Shown here piece after piece: positions 11,455-21,300 of a stretch of DNA of 64,000 nucleotides. Origin of the DNA: Pristiophorus japonicus (taxonomy: Eukaryota); NCBI RefSeq assembly GCF_044704955.1, contig NC_091986.1:178126001-178190000 (forward strand), read 5' to 3'. The notes under the pieces are model-generated. The model saw only the letters and a program-made list of their open reading frames with translations, did no database searches and was not told the DNA's origin. Every line of letters begins with the position of its first letter. The first letter of the stretch is position 1. The translations under genes were made by a program, and so were the position numbers.

Positions 11455-12310
11455 TTCGGGAGTTCAGGAGTCCGAGAGTTCTGCAGTCCGAGAGAGTGAG
11501 TTCTGGACTCCGAGAGAGTGGGTTCCGGAGTCCGAGAGAGTGAGTTCAGGAGTCTGAGAAGCAGGAAGCCCGGAGGTCGGCAAGGAGTTCACTTCTGGCG
11601 AGCAGCCCACAGCCCTCATCCGGGGAGGTAAGTGATTGGCTGGTTGATTGATATATATCTCTCTTTTATAACAGATAAATCTAAATAGAGGGATGGCAGG
11701 GCAGGTCATTCCTGTGGAGTGCATGTCCTGCGGCATGTGGAAAGTCCTGGATGCTTCGCGCAACCGAGACAACTATGTGTGCAGGAGGTGTCTCCAGCTT
11801 CAACTACTCGAGCTCCGCATTTCGGAGCTTGAGCAGCGGCTGGTGGCATCTGCGAGGCTAAGAGCTACGTGGATAGCATGTTTCAGGAGGTGGTCACCCC
11901 ACATGCAGTAGGGGAGAAGTGGGTGAACACCAGATGGAGGAAGAACACTAGGCAGGGAGTACAGGAGTTCCCCCCCCCCCCCCACCGCCCTGAGTCCATC
12001 TCGCTTTCCAACCGATATTCTGTTCTGAGCACCGGTGAGGGCGATGGTGCCTCTGGGGAGTGCAGCCAGAGCCAATCCAAGGCACCATGAGTGGCTCAGC
12101 TGCACAGGGGGGAGGGACAAAGAATAACAGATCTATAGTGGTAGGGGATTCAATAGTTAGGGGAATAGAGAGGCATTTCTGCGGCTGTTGACGTGACTCC
12201 AGGATGGTATGGTGCCTCCCTGGTGCCAGGGTCAAGGATGCCACAGAGCGGAAGCAGGGCATTCTGGGGGGAGAGGGTGAACAGCGAGAGGTCATGGTAC
12301 ATATCGAGAC
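11455..12310 (+). mobile_element. CR1 5' end: GGAGTCCGAGAGTT tandem 5'UTR repeats + degenerate ORF1
   Basis: ORF 11693-11911 has CxxC..CxxC zinc finger and leucine zipper (LELRISELEQRL); VVGDSIVRG esterase-like motif near 12138. Confidence 0.75.
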
Positions 12311-13697
12311 AGCTCTATAGGTTTTGCACGTCGCAGCAATTTTCCCACTTATTTATTCTTCTATCTCCCTCTGACTGTTTGACGATCTGTAGTACATTCC
12401 CAGTAGTGTGATCACCCCTTTTCTATTTTTCAATTCAAACCACATGGCCTCGTTTGATCATCCCTCTAACATATCATCCATTCTCACATGTAATTGTTGC
12501 TTTAATTAATACTGTGATGCCCACATCCTTTTTTGCCCTCTCTCTATCCCCTCTGAAAACCCTGTAACTAGGAATGTTGAGCTGCCATACCTGCCCTTCT
12601 TTCAGCCATGTCTCTGTAATAGCTATAATATCATACTCTTAATGTCAATCTGTGCTCTCAGCTCATCTGCCTTATTCTCTATACTCCTTGCATTGAAGTA
12701 TATATCATTTAGTGGTGCCAAACTCCCTTCTTGTCTATTTTCCAGCCCTTGTTTCCTCTTTCTTCCAAATTCACTTTCTACTTTCCTGCTGCCCAATTCC
12801 AACTTTGCTTCTCTCTCCACTTAATCTATTCTCAGGTTTCCATCTCCCTGCCAAGCTTACTGAAACCATCCCCAACAACACTCGCAAACCCTCCCGCAAG
12901 GATACTGTCCTGGCTCCGTTGAGGTGCAACCCGTCCACCTCCCCCAGAAATGGTCCCAGTGCCTCAGGAATCTAAAGCCCATGCAGCCTGCACCATCTCT
13001 CCAGCCATGCATTCAATCTTTTTTTATCTTCTTATTTCTGTACACACTAGCACAGGCACCAGCAGTAACCAAAGATTACTACCTTTGAGGTCCTGCTTTT
13101 TAATCTCTATCCAGCTCCCTAAACTGCCTGCAGGACCACAGCCCTCTTTCTACCTACATCATTGGTACTGATAAGGACCATGACCTCCGGCTGTTCGCCC
13201 TCTCCCCCCAGAATATCTTGCAGTCGCTCAGTGACATCTTTTACCTTAGCACCAGAGAGGCAACATACCATCCTGGAGTCACGTCTGCAGCCACAGAAAC
13301 CCTGTCTGCTCCCCTGACAATCGAATCCCCTACCAATATTGCTCTTCCACCCTTCTTCCTCCCTCCATGTGCAGCTGAGCCACCCGTGGTGCCGTGATCT
13401 TGGCTCTGGCTGCACTCCCCAGAGGCACCATTACCCTCACCAGTACTCAGAACAGAATACTGGTTGGAGAGCGAGATGGACTCAGGTGACTCCTGCACTA
13501 TCTGCCTAGTCCTCCTCTTCTGCCTGGTGGTCACACATTTCCTCTCTGCCTGCACACGTTTAGGCTGTGCGTTGACCACCTCTAGAAATGTACTATCCAC
13601 GAAATTCTCATTCTCGCAGATGCACCGCAGTGACTCCAGCCGACGCTCAAGTTCCGAAACCCGGAGCTCGAGTTGCTGTAGCACTTCCTGCACATGT
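12311..13697 (-). mobile_element. CR1 ORF1 / ORF2 endonuclease start, degenerate
   Basis: ILVGDSIVRG (ORF 13241-13765) and IYFNARSI (ORF 12623-12820). Confidence 0.8.
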
Positions 13698-16329
13698 AAG
13701 CACATAAGAACATAGGAATTAAGAACAGGAGTAGGCCATCTAGCCCCTCGAGCCTGCTCCGCCATTCAATAAGATCATGGCTGATCTGGCCGTGGACTCA
13801 GCTCCACTTACCCGCCCGCTCCCCGTAACCCTTAATTCCCTTATTGGTTAAAAATCTATCTATCTGTGACTTGAATACATTCAATGAGCTCGCCTCAACT
13901 GCTTCCTTGGGCAGAGAATTCCACATATTTACAACCCTCTGGGAGAAGAAATTCCTTCTCAACTCGGTTTTAAATTGGCTCCCCCGTATTTTGAGGCTGT
14001 GCCCCCTAGTTCTAGTCTCCCTGACCAGTGGAAACAACCTCTCTGCCTCTATCTTGTCTATCCCTTTCATTATTTTAAATGTTTCTATAAGATCACCCCT
14101 CATCCTTCTGAACTCCAACGAGTAAAGACCCAGTCTACTCAATCTATCATCATAAGGTAACCCCCTCATCTCCGGAATCAGCCTGGTGTCTGTACCCCCT
14201 CCAAAGCCAATATATCCTTCCTTAAGTAAGGTGACCAAAACTGCACGCAGTACTCCAGATGCGGCCTTACCAATACCCTATACAGTTGGAGCAGGACCTC
14301 CCTGCTTTTGTACTCCATCCCTCTCGCAATGAAGGCCAACATTCCATTTGCCTTCCTGATTACCTGCTGCACCTGCAAACTAACTTTTTGGGGTTCATGC
14401 ACAAGGACCCCCAGGTCCCTCTGCACCTCAGCATGTTGTAATTTCTCCCCATTCAAATAATATTCCCTTTTACTGTTTTTTTTCCCAAGGTGGATGACCT
14501 CACACTTTCCGACATTGTATTCCATCTGCCAAATCTTAGCCCATTCGCTTAACCTATCTAAATCTCTTTGCAGCCTCTCTGTGTTCTCTACACAACCCGC
14601 TTTCCCACTAATCTTTGTGTCATCTGCAAATTTTGTTGCACTACACTCTGTCCCCTCTTCCAGGTCATCTATGTATATTGTAAACAGTTGTGTTCCCAGC
14701 ACCGATCCCTGTGGCACACCACTAACCACCGATTTCCAATCCGAAAAGGACCCATTTATCCCGACTCTCTGCTTTCTGTTCGCCAGCCAATTCTTGACCC
14801 ATGCTAATACATTTCCACTGACTCCGCGTACCGCTATCTTCTGCAGTAACCTTTTGTGTGGCACCTTATCAAATGCCTTTTGGAAATCTAAATATACCAC
14901 ATCCATCGGTACATCTCTATCCACCATGCTCGTTATATCCTCAAAGAATTCCAGTAAATTAGTTAAACATGATTTCCCCTTCATGAATCCATGCTGCGTC
15001 TGCTTGATTGCACTATTCCTATCTAGATGTCCCGCTATTTCTTCCTTAATGATAGTTTCAAGCATTTTCCCTGCTACAGATGTTAAACTAACCAGCCTAT
15101 AGTTACCTGCCTTTTGCCTGCCCCCTTTTTTAAACAGAGGCATTACATTAGCTGCTTTCCAATCCGCTAGTACCTCCCCAGAGTCCAGAGAATTTTGGTA
15201 GATTATAACGAATGCATCTGCTATAACTTCCGCCATCTCTTTTAATACCCTGGGATGCATTTCATCAGGACCGGGGAACTTGTCTACCTTGAGTCCCATT
15301 AGCCTGTCCAGTACTACCCCCCTAGTGATTGTCTCAAGGTCCTCCCTTCCCACATTCCTATGACCAGCAACTTTTGGCATGCTTTTTGTGTCTTCCACTG
15401 TGAAGACCGAAGCAAAATAATTGTTTAAAGTCTCAGTCATTTCCACATTTCCCATTATTAAATCCCTCTTCTCATCTTCTAAGGGACCAACATTTACTTT
15501 GGTCACTCTTTTCCGTTTTATATATCTGTAAAAGATTTTACTATCTGTTTTTATGTTTTGCGCAAGTTTACCTTCGTAATCGATCTTTCCTTTCTTTATT
15601 GCTTTTTTAGTCATTCTTTGCTGTTGTTTAAAATTTTCCCAATCTTTTAGTTTCCCACTAACCTTGGCCACCTTATACGCATTGGTCTTTGATTTGATAC
15701 TCTCCTTTATTTCCTTGGTTATCCACGGCTGGTTATCCCTTCTCTTACCACCCTTCTTTTTCACTGGAATATATTTTTGTTGCGCACTATGAAAGAGCTC
15801 CTTAAAAGTCCTCCACTGTTCCTCAATTGTGCCACCGTTTAGTCTGTGTTTCCAGTCTACTCTAGCCAACTCTGCCCTCATCCCACTGTAGTCCCCTTTG
15901 TTTAAGCATAGTACGCTAGTTTCTGACAACTTCCTCACCCTCAATCTGTATTACAAATTCAACCATACTATGATCACTCATTCCAAGAGGATCTTTTACT
16001 AGGAGATCGTTTATTTTTCCTCTCTCATTACACAGGACCAGATCTAAGATAGCTTGCTCCCTTGTAGATTCTGTTACATACTGTTCTAAAGAACAATCCC
16101 GTATGCATTCTATGAATTCCTCTTCCAGGCTACCTCGTGCGATTTGAGTTGACCAATCGATATGTAGGTTAAAATCCCCCATGACTACTGCCGTTCCTTT
16201 TTCACATGCCTCCATTATTCCCTTGATTATTGCCCGCCCCACCGTGAAGTTATTATTTGGGGGCCTATAAACTACGCCCACCAGTGACTTTTTCCCCTTA
16301 CTATCTCTAATCTCCACCCACAATGATTC
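13698..16329 (-). mobile_element. Young 5'-truncated CR1 LINE with a long open RT frame (588-aa ORF 14178-15944)
   Basis: [26 protein letters not shown]; endonuclease remnant VMGDFN; cataagaacatag tail. Confidence 0.92.
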
Positions 16330-16344
16330 TACAATTTCAAATCA

Positions 16345-16628
16345 TAGCTACTGTTGCCATTTTTTTTCCAGACAGCAGGTGCTGGTAATGTTTCTGCTGT
16401 TGCCATTTACACCTCCTCTAAACCCATCTTTCTTTACATGTCCCATTACCAATCCCTTTTGTTAATCACTACTGCCCTCCACCCAATCACAGACCTTCCC
16501 TTTTGTTCTTCCCTGCTTCTGCTTGCTTAAAAGCAGTTACATTTGCCAGTTTGAAATGTTAACTCTGTATCTTTCTCCACAGGTGCTGCCTGACCTGCGT
16601 ATTTCCAGCATTTATTTCAGATTTCTAG
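16345..16628 (+). mobile_element. Penelope-like element terminal-repeat remnant (ribozyme core deleted)
   Basis: Ends in gttaactctg..ctccacag.tgctgcctgacctg..atttccagca, the same family as the 19294 hairpin. Paralogous copy at about 47825-48108. Confidence 0.5.
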
Positions 16629-17251
16629 TCGGAATTAATAGCGTCGCCCAAAGTGAAACTGTCCAAATGGCTGCGGTCAGCTCAGTTCATTATCCACGAC
16701 AGATTATTGCTATTGAGCATCTGCTTTGCACATCATCTACCATCGCATGTAACTAATACTTTGGACATGTAGAATTTACTGTTTATACTTTCAACTTTGC
16801 CCATCTGTCAAAGACTTTCTCATTCTCAGCCTCTATCTCACTTCTCCCTGGAGAGAGCACCTGGAACAAAACTTGTGATTTATTCCAGATCAATCAGCCT
16901 GGTCCTATAAAAGGTTTGAAGGTAGGTTCTCCATTTTGAAATTGGGTTGAGAAAAGACAGCTTCCATTTTAACTCCAGATATTTCAGAGCTGTCATTTCC
17001 CATTTTATCATAATGTACACACTAACTAAAGCAGTGTTGTACAGCAGTGTACCCACAGAGATTTAAAGAAAATGGGTACTTAACAGCATTTTTAAATTTT
17101 ATAAGTTTGTTAATTCATAAACCATACACAAAGTTAAGTAACTTTAATTGCTCATTCCCCAAACCTAGATTCATCACTAGCCTGCATTGTGATTGGGTGC
17201 TTGCTTTAAGGCTTTAAAAAAAAAACTACAGGTAAAAACTTGTGAAAAATC

Positions 17252-17257
17252 TTTATT
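17252..17257 (-). terminator. Candidate polyadenylation signal of copy B
   Basis: AATAAA on the minus strand followed by a U-rich tract. Other candidates at 17563-17568 and 17812-17817. Confidence 0.3.
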
Positions 17258-18311
17258 CCAAAGTAGTGACAACAACAATAACATAAAACATATCCTGTTC
17301 CAATTCAAGTAGACTTTAATACAGTCAAAGGTTCCAAGAACCATCTGTAAAAGAACCCAACATTCTTCATTGATGGCTGCATGGTTTTTTTCTCCACCAT
17401 TATTTTCTTATTATTGGTCTCTTCACTTTGGGTTCTCCCAGCTTTCTCTCTCTTCTCCCCACCAACCCCATTTTATTCCCCGTGGAAGCTGCTAAGTAAT
17501 TAAGTTGCTCACGTCTATTCCTCCCTCCCAATTTGCACCTCCCAGCGAATAGACTAACTAATTTTATTTAAAATACACACTGGTCCTGGGGTGCATCCCA
17601 TCTGATCAGTGCAAGTGTTTCAAACCACAGTAAGCCCGATAGGCTAGAAAGCAGTAATACAAGTTGCACAGACCTAATATTGGATGTCAGTAATAAAGGG
17701 AGGTAGGCAGAGGGGGTGGGGGCAGTGTGTACGCGATGATCTATTCATATTTAAGAGTTGTCTGCCTTCACTGATTTAGACAGGTGCTGGTTATCGATAA
17801 TTCAAACTCCGTTTATTTCAAGAATTTAACCGTGGATGTTTCCTAAGCAACCCCAGAGTATATTTTCTTCCCGACCTAAAGCTGATAGTCACATTTAATA
17901 AAGATCTCCTTTTCCTTTTTGAAAGGAAACACACAATTAACAGCAACAAAGAGGTATGAAGAAAAATCAACAGTCTACCTAAAGTGATAACATTTAATTT
18001 TGTTTGCTAAATTCTTGCGGTACAACATTCCCCTGCACATTCCATTTACATTCCCTCATCTGTCTGCAAGTTACTGAGGCTTCAAGTCCTGCTCCTCATC
18101 CATTATACCCGCAATTTAAAAATCATTGAGCCGGTAGTTCCTTCATTTTAAACTCTCGGCAGAAGTGGGCAGAAAGGTGCTGCCTTTGGACTGGTTTGAT
18201 TATTTGGCATTTAATTATGTGCTCGTTTGCAGAATAGAATCCATTTTAACACCTTCAAAAACCCAAATGAAAATGTACATTACATTGCTGTGTAGAATAT
18301 TGTGTTACTGC

Positions 18312-18394
18312 TCAGAATACAGTAAGAGACCAAACCATGAACGCGGCAAGCACAGCAAATCCAGACATGCACTTCACAGCATCACAAGTTATAG
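18312..18394 (-). CDS. Copy B exon 5 (SITCDAVKCMSGFAVLAAFMVWSLTVF*; GPI-type signal)
   Basis: Strong acceptor tctttttgttttattttatag; phase 1 matches exon 4; hydrophobic tail then stop. Confidence 0.75.
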
Positions 18395-21300
18395 CTATAA
18401 AATAAAACAAAAAGACATTAGTTTCAAACTTACAATAGCAATCGATTTTCCCTATAAAATTTGAGGCTGTGCAATAACCATCAAAACTAGAAAGAATAAA
18501 CTTGCATTTCTACAGCACCTTTCACAAACTCAGGACATCCCAAAGCGCTTCACAGCCAATGAAGTACTTTTTGAAGTGTAGTCATTGTTGTAATGTAGGA
18601 AATACAGCAGCCAATTTGCGCACAGTAAGTTCCCACAAACAGCAATGTGATAATGACTAGATAATCTGTTTCTGATGTTGGTTGAGGTAGACATTTTGAG
18701 AACTCCCTGCTCTTCCAGTGGTGCCATGGGATCTTTTGCTTCCACCTGAGAGAGCAGATGGGGCCTCGGTTTTATGTTTCATCTGAAAGAGGGCACCTCA
18801 GCAGTGCAGCACTCTCTCAGCACTGCACTGGGAGTGTCAGCTCGGATTGTGCTCAAGACTCGAGTGGGACTTGAACCCATGACTTTCGGACTCAGGGAGA
18901 GTGCTCCCACTGGGCCATGGCCGATACTGTACAGCAACAAAGGAAGTTTGCTTTCCAAAAATCTACTAAAAAGTTACCAATAGGAATGAGAAAGAAATAC
19001 GAGTTATCTCGCCAATCAAAAAATACAACAAATGCCTCATCTTCCGGGCGTGCATCATCAGGGAGTTGTGCTCACACATTCTATAATTTCTGTCCGTACA
19101 GTGCAAGTGGGGGTCTGAGCACAACCAGAACATTCTGTGGCAATTCAAGATTTCTTTGACTATTTTTTCTACAGCAAGGATTTGAAAGGGAGTTATATCA
19201 GATGAGTATTTTAAATGCAAAAGGATGTTCACACAGGGTTAAAAGTCTCTTTGCGGCTGTAAAGAACCGGGTGGGGGTGGGTCCGATGTAGAAACAGAAA
19301 ATGCTGGAAATACTCAGTAGGTCAGGAAGCATCTGTGGAGAGAGAAAAACAGGGTTTACGTTTCAGATCGATGACCTTTCATCAGAACGTTAACTCTTGT
19401 TTCTCGCACCTCAGATGCTGCCTGGCCTGCTGAGTATTTCCAGCATTTTCTGTAATTGTAACCCAAGTCGGCAGGAAACTGAGGGGTTCCCCCTTTCCCT
19501 AAGCCCCCCATCCCGATTTACATAAGGCACAAATTTTTACTATCTACGGACTTCCAATGGAAAGTAAAATTGTGCGGTGAGTAAAGTGGGAGGGGAAGGG
19601 GGACAATCCAATCCAGCTAGATCGCCGCTGGGCAAGTTGGGTTAAAATTACCCACGAAAGGTTTATGTGTTACTGGATCAAGCATTGAAGAGGTATCTTA
19701 AAGCTGGAGGTAGTTTTGTGGAATACGATTGGCTCACAGACCATTGCACAGTCAGGATCCACCTGTATTATTTTAGTCTTCAGTAACACTTGTGCAATCC
19801 TCTCAACTACTCAATGGGAACAGATGGTCCAGTGCAGTGGGAAAGATTCAGATGGTCACCTTATTCCATTCATCTTTTCCCATTTCCTTCCCCGCTCCGT
19901 AGGTACAGATTAGGGAAGATGATTTTACTGCTATCAAAACCCCAATACAAATCTCCCCACTCAGAGCTGACAGAATTAATTTTGCTCAGTTCTGTCGAAG
20001 GATATGAATTAATAATGATTACTCACAGATTTCTTCGGAGAGTATCTTAACCCAATAAACAGCTTTGCTCTCGGCAATAGTCGCTCTGTAATAGAAAGCA
20101 ATCATTGGCATAAATATCACAAACATTTGCCAAGTATACAAAATTGAGGGGCAGGAAAAGACCAACTGGTCGGCCAAGCCTGCCCTACATCTCATCATGG
20201 CCACAGCATCATGACTAGATACTTCGTCCCCGCAGCATGTAACCTCCTGATAGAGGCACAAAACCAAGGGCCATTCCTCTCCAACCCCCTCAGACCACTG
20301 AAACCAGTCCACGAGATCACAAAGTGTTATCTGTTAATCCACTTACCGTCTCTGATGCAATCTCTGATACCCCAGTCCAGGACCGGTGAGGCTCCCTCTT
20401 GAAGGCAGAGTTCGTACCCACTGCACCAGCTAGCAACGCATTCCAGAGTCTCACTACTCTCTGGGAAAAGCCCATCATCAAGTCTATTGTATATAAATCC
20501 AGGCTGGACTGTTTACAATGCAATAGTTGGTAGATTTTTTACCAGAGACTTTGCATGGGGAGCAGTTTTCGGCAAGATGTTTTAATACTGCCTGAATTTA
20601 TCTTTGGTAACAATGTTACTGCAAGGCTGGAGATGCTCCTAGTAGATAGTAATTTCAGCTTACAACCCCTTCTCCGCCTGGCACTAATAAGCAATCAGCA
20701 ACCAGTTAAAATATTACTCAAGCTAAGACTTGAGAATTGAGTTTATCTCCATCCCATTTTTTTTGCCCGGTGGCTTTGATATGGATGGAGTACTGACCTC
20801 AGTCCAAAGATGGTAATTGTAGGAACCCATGACTCGCACCCTCCTGTTCTGTTCTATTCTCCACCCTCACCCTCATTACATGAAATGTACAACACAGAAA
20901 CAGACCATTGGCCCAATAGGTCCGTGCCGGTGTTTATGCTCTACACAAGCCTCCTCCCACCCCAATCACCATGTCCTTCTATTCCCTTCTCCGTCACCGG
21001 TTTATCTAGCTTCCCATTAAATGTATCTATGCTATTCGCCTCCAGCACTCTTCGTGGTATTCTCACCACTCTCTGGGTAAAGAAATCTACCCTGAATTCC
21101 TTACTGGATATATTAGTGACTCTTCTATTTATGGCCCCTAGTTTTGGACTCTCCCATAAGTGGAAACACTTTCTCTCCATCTACCCTATCAAACTGCTTC
21201 ATAATTTTTTTTAAAAACCTCTATCAATGGTCTCTAAATATTTCCCCATCATCCCCCCCCTCACCCACAAATGTTTCTTCTCTCAAGACATTAAACTCTT

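Noticed and set aside
14494-15102. Long ORFs antisense to CR1 RT (also 10340-10972 and 29585-30070)
   Set aside because: Shadow frames of CR1 ORF2 with no independent coding evidence.
14178-15944. 588-aa RT ORF as an active or domesticated gene
   Set aside because: It is a 5'-truncated CR1 with frameshifts on both sides and no ORF1; an ordinary young copy.
18165-18464. 99-aa plus-strand ORF identical in two units (also 49645-49944)
   Set aside because: It is antisense to exon 5 and the 3'UTR, starts at GTG in one copy and has no motifs; identity is explained by recent duplication.
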